64,000 bases of DNA from a bacterium. GTDB taxonomy: Bacteria > Patescibacteriota > Minisyncoccia > Phycocordibacterales > Zambryskibacteraceae. The translations under genes were made by a program, and so were the position numbers. Each line of letters begins with the position of its first letter. Within the stretch, counting starts at the first letter, position 1. The notes under the pieces are model-generated. The model ran no database searches, was not told the DNA's origin, and saw nothing but the letters and a program-made list of their open reading frames with translations. The DNA lies in the NCBI GenBank assembly GCA_030649135.1, contig JAUSGI010000004.1, positions 1 to 64,000 of the forward strand, in the 5' to 3' direction. This document shows positions 27,131 through 36,464 of the stretch, in pieces.

Positions 27131-28885
27131 ATGCATATTGACGAAAATAAGCTTGAGAGTTTTATGATGGACTCGGGTCTGGTCTCTAAGAAGGAGATTG
27201 AGCTCGCTAAAAGTGAAATTAAGGGCAAAGATACGAGTATCGGAGAAGCGTTGGTGAACAAGGGCGCTTTAACCGAAGATGATTTGCGCCGAATGCAGGC
27301 CTATATTCTCGGTATCCCTTTCGTTGACCTGAAGAATCAGAAACTCGATTTCTCCGTGCTCTCTCTTATTCCCGAGCCCATTGCGAGAAATCACAACATT
27401 ATTGCTTTCAGAAAGATTGAGGACAGTCTGGAAGTAGCCATGCTTGATACCGAAGACCTGACGGCCATCGATTTTGTTAAAAAGAAAGTGGGGCTTAAAA
27501 TCTTGCCTCGTCTGACGGATGACGAATCTATGAAGTGGGCATTACTTTCTTACCAGAAGACGCTTAAAGCGGAATTCGGGGACATCATTCAGAAAGAAGC
27601 CAACTCGCTTAGAGCCATGAGCGACAAAATTGGCGGAGAGGATATCACTGAAGGGGACCTAAAAAAACTGGCCGAGGATATACCGGTGGTACGCATTGTC
27701 GACACGCTCTTGAAACACGCTATCATTCAAGATGCTTCCGATATTCATATTGAACCGGAGGAGGATAAGGTGTTGGTGCGCTATCGCATAGACGGCATCT
27801 TGCGCGACGCCATGATTTTGCCGAAGAATACCGCCTCCGGCATCACCGCTCGTATCAAGGTGTTATCCAGTCTAAAGCTCGACGAGAAGCGGGTGCCGCA
27901 GGATGGCCGTTTTAAGATTGATGCCGGAGGCGAGAAGGTTTCTTTCAGAGTTTCCACTCTACCGGTTTATTATGGCGAGAAGACGGTCATGCGTCTTTTG
28001 CGCGAGAGCGTTTCCGGTTTTACTTTAGAGAGTCTCGGGTTTCATGGGCACGGTCTCGATAGTTTGCATAAATCGCTCAAGGCGACTACCGGCATGATTC
28101 TTGCCACCGGTCCGACCGGCTCCGGCAAAACTACTACTCTCTACACCATGCTCGATATTGTTAATACTCCAAACGTTAACATCTCCACCATCGAAGACCC
28201 TGTCGAATATCAGATGATGCGCATCAACCAGACTCAAGTACGTCCGGAAATTGGTCTCACCTTTGCCAACGGCCTGCGCACTCTGGTGCGCCAGGACCCG
28301 GACATTATCATGGTCGGAGAAATCCGCGACAACGAGACGGCGGCGCTGGCTATCAACGCATCACTCACCGGTCACTTGGTGCTCTCGACTCTCCACACCA
28401 ATTCCGCAGCAGGTGCTATCCCGAGGCTCTTAGACATGAAAGTTGAACCATTTCTCCTAGTTTCTACTTTGAATATTGTGATTGCTCAACGTTTGGTCAG
28501 AAAGCTTTCGGCCTCGAAGACCAAGTATTTTCTAAACAAGGGGGAACTAGCCTCGCTTGGCAATGTTATCTCACTTGAGAGAATGCTCGGTCTCCTTAGG
28601 GCCGAGAAGATTATCGGTGAGAAAGACGGTTTCGATAAAATTCCGTTTTGGAAGCCGACTCCCGGCAAAGACAGCGAAGACGGTTATTCAAGTCGTATCG
28701 GTATTCACGAAGTGCTCACGGTGACGCCGACTGTGAAAAACTTGATTATGAAAGGGGCGACGGCAGGGGAGATAGAGGAGCGGGCGACATCGGAGGGCAT
28801 GATGACGATGATTGAAGACGGCATTTTCAAAGCGGCGCAAGGTATTACCACTATAGAAGAGGTCTTAAGAGTGGTGTCGGAATAA
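27131..28885 (+). CDS. pilB: Type IV pilus assembly ATPase PilB / GspE family
   Basis: Walker A GPTGSGKTTTLYTML, Asp box, His box and a GspE N-terminal domain. Confidence 0.9.
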   Translation: MHIDENKLESFMMDSGLVSKKEIELAKSEIKGKDTSIGEALVNKGALTEDDLRRMQAYILGIPFVDLKNQKLDFSVLSLIPEPIARNHNIIAFRKIEDSLEVAMLDTEDLTAIDFVKKKVGLKILPRLTDDESMKWALLSYQKTLKAEFGDIIQKEANSLRAMSDKIGGEDITEGDLKKLAEDIPVVRIVDTLLKHAIIQDASDIHIEPEEDKVLVRYRIDGILRDAMILPKNTASGITARIKVLSSLKLDEKRVPQDGRFKIDAGGEKVSFRVSTLPVYYGEKTVMRLLRESVSGFTLESLGFHGHGLDSLHKSLKATTGMILATGPTGSGKTTTLYTMLDIVNTPNVNISTIEDPVEYQMMRINQTQVRPEIGLTFANGLRTLVRQDPDIIMVGEIRDNETAALAINASLTGHLVLSTLHTNSAAGAIPRLLDMKVEPFLLVSTLNIVIAQRLVRKLSASKTKYFLNKGELASLGNVISLERMLGLLRAEKIIGEKDGFDKIPFWKPTPGKDSEDGYSSRIGIHEVLTVTPTVKNLIMKGATAGEIEERATSEGMMTMIEDGIFKAAQGITTIEEVLRVVSE

Positions 28886-28917
28886 TTTAAAATTTTCAAT
28901 TAATTTTTACTTAAATA

Positions 28918-29298
28918 ATGACCCAAATTGACAGAAAATACGATTTAGAAGAAAGGACAGCATTGTTCGGAGAATCAGTAATAAAATTATGCAGAAATAT
29001 TAAGCAAGATAATGTCATATATCCGATTGTCGGACAGCTTATCCGATCCTCGACCAGTATCGGCGCTAATTATATGGAAGCTAACGGAGCTAGTTCTAAA
29101 AAAGATTTTGTCAGTAAAATTTTCATTTGTAAAAAAGAGTCCCAAGAAACAAAGCACTGGCTAAGAATGCTTAATTCTTGTGGAATAGAATCAATTTCTC
29201 TTAATTTGTCTCCAATGCAGAAAGAATGTCAGGAATTAATTTTTATTTTTACAAAAATTGCCAGCTCGTCTCGTGCCAATCAGCAACTCACCAACTAA
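28918..29298 (+). CDS. Four-helix-bundle protein of the 23S rRNA intervening-sequence (IVS) protein family
   Basis: GQLIRSSTSIGANYMEANGASSKKDFVSKIFICKKESQETKHWLRM matches the IVS-protein core (…IPANIAEG.GR.S.KEF..FL.IA.GS..E…HL). Confidence 0.7.
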   Translation: MTQIDRKYDLEERTALFGESVIKLCRNIKQDNVIYPIVGQLIRSSTSIGANYMEANGASSKKDFVSKIFICKKESQETKHWLRMLNSCGIESISLNLSPMQKECQELIFIFTKIASSSRANQQLTN

Positions 29299-29373
29299 CC
29301 TCTTTTTTATTGTATAATTAATTCATTGAGAATTTAATGGAAATTGAAAATTCTAAATTGAAAATTACTCCCC

Positions 29374-30585
29374 ATGTCTCTCTACAAATATAAAGCCAAG
29401 GATAAGGAAGGTCAGGTATACGAACGTACGCTCGAGGTCAAAAATCGCTCCGACTTGTATGGTGTGATTCGCGAGGAAGGCGGTAGTGTGGTTTCTATTC
29501 AAGAGCTCAAAAGTTTTACTCCCTTGATTTCTCTCGGCAATATATTGGGCGGCGTCAAAACTCATCAAAAAATTACTTTTGCCAAAAACCTTGGTCTGAT
29601 GATGACCGCCGGTTTGCCGGTAACCCGCGCTCTCTCCGTGATGAGCAAACAATCGAAAAGTAAACCATTCAAAAAGTTACTCTCTGACCTCGAAGAAGAT
29701 GTTAGCCACGGCAAAACTCTTTCTGAATCGTTGGGTAAACGGCCCAAAGTGTTTTCCGCGCTTTTTATTTCTATGGTTAAGGCCGGCGAAGAATCGGGTT
29801 CCGTCTCGGCCTCACTTGGCATTGTCGCAAACCAGATGGAGAAGTCTTACCTCTTGGCGAAGAAGGTGCGTGGCGCGCTTATTTATCCGGCAGTGATTAT
29901 CTCGGTCATGATTATCCTTGCCATTCTCCTGCTCATTTTCATGGTGCCTACTTTGACCGCCACTTTTGAGGGCATTGGGGTCAAGTTGCCTTTGTCCACA
30001 CGGGTGCTCATCGCTGTTAGCGGTTTTCTGGTGGACTATACGCTTCCCGTGGTTGCCGGACTTATCGCGCTTTTGGTTTCTTCCGTTCTATTCATACGCA
30101 GTGGTATTGGTCGGAATCTGACGGACATAATTTCCCTGCGTATCCCGGTCATTGGCGAGTTGGTCAAGGAAGTCCAAGTGGCTCGTACCGCACGCACACT
30201 CTCCTCGCTCCTCTCCGCAGGTGTGCAGATTGTGGTGGCGCTTGAGGTGACTAGCGAAGTTTTACAAAACCATCTCTACCGAAGCGCGATCGAGCGCGCA
30301 CGTGATGCTATCCAGAAGGGGGAGCCGATGTCGGCGGTCTTTGTTGAATATGAGCGTCTCTACCCGCTTTTTGTTGGCGAGATGGTGGCTGTGGGCGAAG
30401 AGACCGGTAAAATCGCGGAAATGCTCATGGGCGTCGCAAACTATTACGAGGAAGAGGTGGACCAGAAGACCAAAGACCTCTCGACCATTATTGAACCGAT
30501 ATTGATGATTATCATCGGTATTGGAGTGGGCATCTTCGCCATTTCGATGCTTGCACCGACTTATTCTCTGGTGGATTACATTTAA
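29374..30585 (+). CDS. pilC: Type IV pilus inner-membrane platform protein PilC / GspF family
   Basis: Two GspF repeats and three TM segments; typical PilC length and motifs. Confidence 0.9.
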   Translation: MSLYKYKAKDKEGQVYERTLEVKNRSDLYGVIREEGGSVVSIQELKSFTPLISLGNILGGVKTHQKITFAKNLGLMMTAGLPVTRALSVMSKQSKSKPFKKLLSDLEEDVSHGKTLSESLGKRPKVFSALFISMVKAGEESGSVSASLGIVANQMEKSYLLAKKVRGALIYPAVIISVMIILAILLLIFMVPTLTATFEGIGVKLPLSTRVLIAVSGFLVDYTLPVVAGLIALLVSSVLFIRSGIGRNLTDIISLRIPVIGELVKEVQVARTARTLSSLLSAGVQIVVALEVTSEVLQNHLYRSAIERARDAIQKGEPMSAVFVEYERLYPLFVGEMVAVGEETGKIAEMLMGVANYYEEEVDQKTKDLSTIIEPILMIIIGIGVGIFAISMLAPTYSLVDYI

Positions 30586-30590
30586 TCTTT

Positions 30591-31049
30591 ATGAAAGACA
30601 AAGGATTTAGCATGCTCGAAATCCTTTTGGTCCTTTTTATACTATCGCTCGTGGTTGCCATGGTCGCTTTCTCATTTTCTAAATTTAATTCTTCCAAAGC
30701 GCTCAACCAGAGCGCCTCTTTAGTCGTCGCCATTTTGGATGAGGCGCGGTCTCTCACGCTTTCTTCGGTTGATGCTTCCGGGTATGGTGTTAATTTCCAA
30801 GAATCGCAAGTGGTGTTGTTTAAGGGCGTCACTTATTCACCGTCTGACCCATCAAATGTAGTTACCGATATTAACGCCCTGGTAAATCTTCGCAACATTG
30901 TTCTCTCCGGCGGGGGTACAAGCGTAGTTTTTAAACGTCTGACCGGTAACACGGACGAGGCGGGTACGGTGGAAGTGTTTCTCAAAGCTACGCCAGAAAT
31001 TTTTCGTACCGTCAGTATCAGCAATACGGGAGTGGCGGCATCGAACTGA
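30591..31049 (+). CDS. Prepilin-type N-terminal cleavage/methylation domain protein (pilin or pseudopilin)
   Basis: KGFSMLEILLVLFILSLVVAMV: G|F(S/T)LxE class III signal. Confidence 0.75.
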   Translation: MKDKGFSMLEILLVLFILSLVVAMVAFSFSKFNSSKALNQSASLVVAILDEARSLTLSSVDASGYGVNFQESQVVLFKGVTYSPSDPSNVVTDINALVNLRNIVLSGGGTSVVFKRLTGNTDEAGTVEVFLKATPEIFRTVSISNTGVAASN

Positions 31050-31058
31050 CATCTATTT

Positions 31059-31550
31059 ATGAAAAATCCCCAAAAACATTTGAATCGCGGCCTAACTTTG
31101 GTGGAGGTGTTGATTGCCACTTCTATTATCCTGATTTTCCTCATGGCATTGCTCGGTGCCCATAATCTTTACCTCAAAACCGCCTTGGCGAACGGTGAAG
31201 TGGTCAAGGGGGCTTATCTGGCCGAGGAAGGCGCGGAAGTCGTCCGATTTCTGAGAGATTCTTCTTGGGATACCAATATTGCGTCACTTTCTCTAGACAC
31301 GGATTACTATCTGGTTTGGTCAGGGGGAGCCTGGCAGGTCACTACCGCCGAGACTCTCATAGATTCTGTCTTCGAGAGAACAATAACTCTTTCCGCGGTT
31401 TATCGTGACGCTTCCGCTGACATTGTTTCGTCAGGCGGGACGCTTGACCCGGACACTTTGATGGTAGTCTCGAGCGTGTCTTGGCCCAAAAATGGGATAA
31501 CCACCACCAAATCGATTTCGACTTATATCACTAATATCTTTGATGACTGA
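31059..31550 (+). CDS. Prepilin-type N-terminal domain protein (minor pilin)
   Basis: NRGLTLVEVLIATSIILIFLMALLG prepilin motif. Confidence 0.7.
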   Translation: MKNPQKHLNRGLTLVEVLIATSIILIFLMALLGAHNLYLKTALANGEVVKGAYLAEEGAEVVRFLRDSSWDTNIASLSLDTDYYLVWSGGAWQVTTAETLIDSVFERTITLSAVYRDASADIVSSGGTLDPDTLMVVSSVSWPKNGITTTKSISTYITNIFDD

Positions 31551-32058
31551 CATGCCGTACTCCTTCTATCGTCGCGGATTTTCTTTGGTGGAGATGCTTA
31601 TTTATATTTCTATTCTGGTTCTCATGCTTGCCGTTATCATGAACGTGATCGTTTCCATGACTGGCGCAGAGCGGGTGATTAAAGCTTTAAGAAATATAGA
31701 AAATTCCGCTACAGTAGGTCTGGAGCGTGTGGTGAGAGAAACACGGCAGGCCGAGAACATCAATGTCGCTTCGAGTATTCTCGGTTCAGATCCTGGCACG
31801 CTCGTGCTCAATGGCACTGATGCTCTCGGTAATCCGCGGGTTGTAGAGTTTTATCTCTCCTCGGGTAAACTTTTACTGAAGGAAAATGGAGTAGAAGTCG
31901 GGGCCCTGACTCAGGAGGATGCCCAGGTCAGCGGTTTGATTTTTTACCTGTTTTCCGCATCGGATGTCGAAGGTGTCAGAACCGAAATGACGATTGAAAG
32001 TGGTACCAGCACTTATTATCGTTCCGAAAAGTTTTATGCCTCGGCGCTTTTACGTTAG
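31540..32058 (+). CDS. Prepilin-type N-terminal domain protein (minor pilin)
   Basis: RRGFSLVEMLIYISILVLMLAVIMNV prepilin motif. Confidence 0.7.
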   Translation: MMTDMPYSFYRRGFSLVEMLIYISILVLMLAVIMNVIVSMTGAERVIKALRNIENSATVGLERVVRETRQAENINVASSILGSDPGTLVLNGTDALGNPRVVEFYLSSGKLLLKENGVEVGALTQEDAQVSGLIFYLFSASDVEGVRTEMTIESGTSTYYRSEKFYASALLR

Positions 32059-32060
32059 CT

Positions 32061-33380
32061 ATGAGAAATCAAACGCCCATTGCTCTAAATCGCGGACAAG
32101 CCCCTCGACTGGACTCGGGGCAAGCCATGATGATGGCCACCTTATTTTTCTTGGTGGTTTCTGTCACGATGATTTTCGGTTTGGTGGGTCCGGTATTAAG
32201 ACAACAAAAAATCTCTTCCAATTTGGTTTTATCGCGCCAAAGTTATTTTCTCGCGGAAGCCGGTCTCGAAGACGTGGTCTATAGATTGAGCACCGGTCAA
32301 CCGGTCTCCAGTACCGAGGTCCTGAACCTATCAGGTAGTACGGCCACGATAGTAACCACTGATACTCTGGAGGGCAAGCAGGTGATTGCCACGGCTGATG
32401 TTCAGAGCGTAGTGCGCAAAGTGGAGACTAACCTAACCTTGGGGGACGGGGCGGCTTTCTACTATGGTGTTCAGACCGGACAGGGAGGTTTTATTATCGG
32501 CAACGCGACGGTAAATGGCAGTGTTTATTCCAATGGCGCTATTACCGGCGCCAACGGGGCAAAAATTACCGGCTCGGCCGTCTCCGCGGAATCTTCCGGG
32601 TTAATTGATAACATTGATGTCGGTCAAGACGGAGTGGGTGAAGCTTGGTCGCATACCGTAAAAGATTCAATAATTGCCGGGGCTCTGTATTGCCAAGTCG
32701 GACAAAGTAACGACAAATCTTGCGACACGACTCGGCCCGATGCGCCGATGATTGATTTTCCAATTACTGACGCGCAAATGGCGGAGTGGAAAGCAGACGC
32801 TCTCCTCGGGGGCACCATCGGTTCCTATAATCCCAGCGTAGATGCCTCTTTGGGACCCAAGAAAATCAGTGGCAACATGACTTTGGATGATGTCAATCTC
32901 GATCTCACGATTAACGGAGTCGTTCACGTTACGGGTGATGTTGATTTAAGCAATAACCAAGGGTCGGTGCGTTGCGCCTCTGCTTTTACTTCTAATTCCT
33001 GCATGATTATTGCCGATGGGTCTATTCATATCAAAAATAACATCACTTTTGCCGGGTCCGGTCAGGCGGGGAGCTTCCTTCTCCTCGCTTCTACCTTGGA
33101 CTGTGACGGCACAGAGACACAGAGTCCGACTTCCGGCAAACTGTGCGGACATCACAATAGCGCGATTGATTTGCATAATAACAGCATCGGTTCCATTATC
33201 TACGCATCTCACGGTAAGTTGTATTTGCATCCGGGTGTCAATATCACCGGAGCGACGGCCTACCGGACGGAGCTTGAAAACAATGCGGTGGTAAATTACA
33301 ATCAAGGCCTAATTAACGCTGTTTTCTCCAGCGGTCCAAGTGGCGGTTATGAGATTCAGAATTGGAAAGAAATAGAGTAG
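32061..33380 (+). CDS. Large PilX-like minor pilin / putative pilus tip protein with beta-helix-like Gly/Asn repeats
   Basis: PilX-N-like hydrophobic N-terminus (GQAMMMATLFFLVVSVTMIFGLV), then repetitive NGSVYSNGAITGANGAKITGSAV segments. Confidence 0.5.
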   Translation: MRNQTPIALNRGQAPRLDSGQAMMMATLFFLVVSVTMIFGLVGPVLRQQKISSNLVLSRQSYFLAEAGLEDVVYRLSTGQPVSSTEVLNLSGSTATIVTTDTLEGKQVIATADVQSVVRKVETNLTLGDGAAFYYGVQTGQGGFIIGNATVNGSVYSNGAITGANGAKITGSAVSAESSGLIDNIDVGQDGVGEAWSHTVKDSIIAGALYCQVGQSNDKSCDTTRPDAPMIDFPITDAQMAEWKADALLGGTIGSYNPSVDASLGPKKISGNMTLDDVNLDLTINGVVHVTGDVDLSNNQGSVRCASAFTSNSCMIIADGSIHIKNNITFAGSGQAGSFLLLASTLDCDGTETQSPTSGKLCGHHNSAIDLHNNSIGSIIYASHGKLYLHPGVNITGATAYRTELENNAVVNYNQGLINAVFSSGPSGGYEIQNWKEIE

Positions 33381-33392
33381 TATGAGAGTGTC

Positions 33393-34157
33393 ATGGCTAA
33401 GCCTATTCTAGTCGCGAATTGGAAAAATCATCCCGGCTCGCTCTCCGAAGCCGGGGTTCTACTGAAACAGCTTTCGGGAAGTGCGCGTCTCTACCAGAAG
33501 TTGTCTCTCTTTATTGCTCCGCCCTTACCGTACCTGGAGTCTGTGTCTCTTCGTACCGGAAATTTTGCCCACTTGGCCTTGCAAGACTTTCCCGCTTCAT
33601 CGGATGGGACGCACACCGGGATGGTTACGCCGGATATTTTAAAAAGTTTCGGAGTTAAACTTGCTATTATCGGCCATAGTGAACGGCGGGCGCTAGGCGA
33701 GACGAATGACTCGGTTGCCCAGAAAGTCAAAGCCGCTCTACGCTCCGGCATCTTATCTCTGGTCTGTGTTGGTGAGTTGTCTCGAGACCAGGATGGTGAA
33801 CACTTCGAATTCCTGCGTGAACAAATTAAACTCTCGCTTGCCGGTTTGAATCGGAAAACGGATATTTCTAAATTAGCGCTTGCTTACGAACCGGTTTGGG
33901 CCATAGGCAAGCGCGCGGATGATGCAATCACGCCTGCCGACCTGTCGCAGTCCGTCATTTTTATCAAAAAGGTTCTCGTCGATATGTTCGGTCGCACTAT
34001 CGCTGAGCGCATTCCTATTCTTTATGGTGGCGCCGTTGAGCCAGTCGATGCGACTGCTCTTTTTGGCGGAACAGGCATCAAAGGCTTTTTGGTCGGACAT
34101 GCCTCTCTTAACGCCAAAAGTTTCAAGACTATCGCCGAATCACTTATTCGAAAATGA
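33393..34157 (+). CDS. tpiA: Triosephosphate isomerase
   Basis: VANWKNH…, IIGHSERR, catalytic E in AYEPVWAIG, and GG…V TIM motifs. Confidence 0.9.
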   Translation: MAKPILVANWKNHPGSLSEAGVLLKQLSGSARLYQKLSLFIAPPLPYLESVSLRTGNFAHLALQDFPASSDGTHTGMVTPDILKSFGVKLAIIGHSERRALGETNDSVAQKVKAALRSGILSLVCVGELSRDQDGEHFEFLREQIKLSLAGLNRKTDISKLALAYEPVWAIGKRADDAITPADLSQSVIFIKKVLVDMFGRTIAERIPILYGGAVEPVDATALFGGTGIKGFLVGHASLNAKSFKTIAESLIRK

Positions 34158-35155
34158 ACCCCAAATCAATTACTGAAGCAGGAGATTTGAAAGGCAAGAG
34201 AGTGCTCGTTAGAGTAGATTGGAATGTGCCGATAGAGGATGGCAAAGTGATTGATGATTTTCGTATCAAAAAATCTTTACCGACCCTCGAATATTTGAAA
34301 AACGCCGGGGCAAAGGTGACAATTATTACTCACTTGGAACCGAAAGGCACTTCGGTTGAATTTCTCAAGATGTATGTACCGGAAGGCATGGAGCTTCTCG
34401 AAAACTTACGAGATAATCTGGGGGAAGAAAGCAATTCGGAGGCATTCGCCAAAGAATTGGCATCTGGAGCCGATATTTATGTGAACGAAGCTTTCTCGGT
34501 AGCGCATCGCAGACATGCTTCGATAGTAGGAGTGCCCTCGCTTCTGCCGAGTTTCATTGGCCTGCAATTCGCTCTCGAAATCAAAGAACTTTCTAAAGCC
34601 TTCTACCCTAAGAAGCCGTTCCTCTTCATTCTTGGAGGCGCCAAATTTGATACCAAACTGCCACTTCTGAAAAAATTTATCCATATTGCCGACTATATTT
34701 TTGTCGGGGGCGCTTTAGCCAATAATTTTTTCAAAGAGCAGGGTATGGATGTTGACGGTTCGCTAGTGAAAGAAGGAAACTTTGGGCTTAAAGAACTTTT
34801 GAAGACCGGTAAAATTATTTTGCCGGAGGACACTATCGTAAAAGACGGCAAAATTCTTGATGCCGGTCCTAAGGCTATGGAGAACTTGAAGCCCATAATT
34901 TCTGCTTCGAAGCTGGTGTTGTGGAACGGTCCTTTGGGAGGTTACGAGCATGGTTACAATGTGGCCACACTTGCTTTGGCCCAAATGATTTCTGAGTTTG
35001 CAAGTGAGTCTATCATAGGAGGAGGGGATACGATTGCGGCCATAAGGGAATTAAATCTTTTTGACAAATTTTCTTTTGTTTCGACAGGCGGCGGCGCGAT
35101 GCTTGATTTCCTGGCCACCGGTACTTTGCCCGGCATTGAGGCTATGAAACAATAG
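34154..35155 (+). CDS. pgk: Phosphoglycerate kinase (short form)
   Basis: LKGKRVLVRVDWNVPIEDGKVIDDFRIKKSLPT N-terminus; VNEAFSVAHRRHASIVG; C-terminal GGGDTIAAI…STGGGAMLDFLATGTLPGIEAM. Shorter than typical PGK (about 400 aa), but both termini are canonical. Confidence 0.85.
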   Translation: MNPKSITEAGDLKGKRVLVRVDWNVPIEDGKVIDDFRIKKSLPTLEYLKNAGAKVTIITHLEPKGTSVEFLKMYVPEGMELLENLRDNLGEESNSEAFAKELASGADIYVNEAFSVAHRRHASIVGVPSLLPSFIGLQFALEIKELSKAFYPKKPFLFILGGAKFDTKLPLLKKFIHIADYIFVGGALANNFFKEQGMDVDGSLVKEGNFGLKELLKTGKIILPEDTIVKDGKILDAGPKAMENLKPIISASKLVLWNGPLGGYEHGYNVATLALAQMISEFASESIIGGGDTIAAIRELNLFDKFSFVSTGGGAMLDFLATGTLPGIEAMKQ

Positions 35156-35513
35156 CTTGACGGATTTTCTCGGAGTTAGCTACAAAATCTTTTGCGTTGC
35201 CTGAAACACTAGGGTCCGGAAAGACCCAAATGTGCGCGTGCTCCACTTCGTCGCCGATTATTTTGGAAAGTATAAAATCTGTGCCAAACGCCTTTTGTTG
35301 AGCTAGGGCAATCTTCTTTACAACTTCGAAATACTCGCCCGCATTAGGCACATCCCAAACCCATCTGTGGTGTTTTTTAGTAACCACTTGAGTGTGTCCG
35401 GGAGACTGCGGGTTAATGTCGAGGAATGCCAGAAAATTTTCGTCCTCGTAGACCTTATGTGAAGGAATTTCGCCACTGACAATTTTACAAAATACGCAGT
35501 TCGTGTCCGCCAT
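35142..35513 (-). CDS. HIT-family (histidine triad) hydrolase
   Basis: CVFCKIVSGEIPSHKVYEDENFLAFLDINPQSPGHTQVV… and the His triad (EHAHIWVF). Confidence 0.85.
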   Translation of the reverse strand: MADTNCVFCKIVSGEIPSHKVYEDENFLAFLDINPQSPGHTQVVTKKHHRWVWDVPNAGEYFEVVKKIALAQQKAFGTDFILSKIIGDEVEHAHIWVFPDPSVSGNAKDFVANSEKIRQAIVS

Positions 35514-35518
35514 TTTAT

Positions 35519-36430
35519 TTAGTAAGTATAATCATCTGCCAATCGGCCTAGTTGGTCGAACAATTCTATAGTCTCATACTTTTGGGCCCACATTTCCCAG
35601 CCCTTGCCGAGAAATATTCGCCATGTCCGGCCGAAAAAATTCGAGTCGGTGGAATGATTGGCAATACAAGCACTATAATTGAAATGGCTTTTGATAAAGG
35701 CGACACAAGAACCGGAAAATAATTTACCATCCACGCAGTTGTAGCAAATATCTCCTTCCGCGTTGCGGGTATTGAATTCTGGCGTACGGCAAGGTGATAG
35801 CCTTTCTATAAATTCTCGACACTCGTTTTCAAGCGCGTTGACTCCGGGTTCATTGGCCGGTACGGGGCAATTGCGTGTGAGCGCCGGGGTAAATGTGTAT
35901 TCGGACAAGTCTTCCAAGAAGCCCGAACAAATATTTTCTTTGAAGCTGACAATTTTGTATGGTGACTGCGGTCCGGCCGAGCCGGTAGTGACGACGGCTG
36001 TCTCACCGCTTTGGAGTACTGCGTTCTGTAAGATATTGGAACCGGTTGGTGAGACATAGAGCGCTGCCTGACCGATAACCGCGGTGTCCGCCGGGAAATA
36101 TCGAAGCACACCACCGGAATTGTAGGCGCGCTTATCTTTACCGTTTTTCAGTTGCCAGCCGGTAATGTTGACCGGCTCTCTGTCCCTGTTGTCTATGGTA
36201 ATGTACTCCTCGTATGGTTGATAAGCATAGGACGCGTTGCCGGCGCCAAGAGAAACATTTCGTACTTGGGACGAGCCCAGTGTAGTCGTATTAGCGCCGA
36301 TACTGGTATTACCGGAAGGACTGGATGGATTGGCCGTGAGGTTGGGCGCTCCCTTGGGTGTCACTAATATGATGACAATGAGTACGGCCAAAATCACGAT
36401 GCCTTCCGCGGTGCCGTTGCCGTCTTTCAT
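35519..36430 (-). CDS. Membrane-anchored surface protein with lamin-tail-like (LTD) domain and Cys-rich C-terminus
   Basis: N-terminal TM; EYITIDNRDREPVNITGWQLKNGKDKRAY…FPADTAVIG resembles LTD; many Cys in the last third. Confidence 0.5.
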   Translation of the reverse strand: MKDGNGTAEGIVILAVLIVIILVTPKGAPNLTANPSSPSGNTSIGANTTTLGSSQVRNVSLGAGNASYAYQPYEEYITIDNRDREPVNITGWQLKNGKDKRAYNSGGVLRYFPADTAVIGQAALYVSPTGSNILQNAVLQSGETAVVTTGSAGPQSPYKIVSFKENICSGFLEDLSEYTFTPALTRNCPVPANEPGVNALENECREFIERLSPCRTPEFNTRNAEGDICYNCVDGKLFSGSCVAFIKSHFNYSACIANHSTDSNFFGRTWRIFLGKGWEMWAQKYETIELFDQLGRLADDYTY

Positions 36431-36464
36431 AAGTCTATCTTAATACGCGTGCTAGAATAGTCCA

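Noticed and set aside
34154-35155. pgk as a truncated pseudogene (333 aa vs about 400 typical)
   Set aside because: Both N- and C-terminal PGK signatures are intact and in frame. The shortness appears to be an internal compaction rather than truncation.
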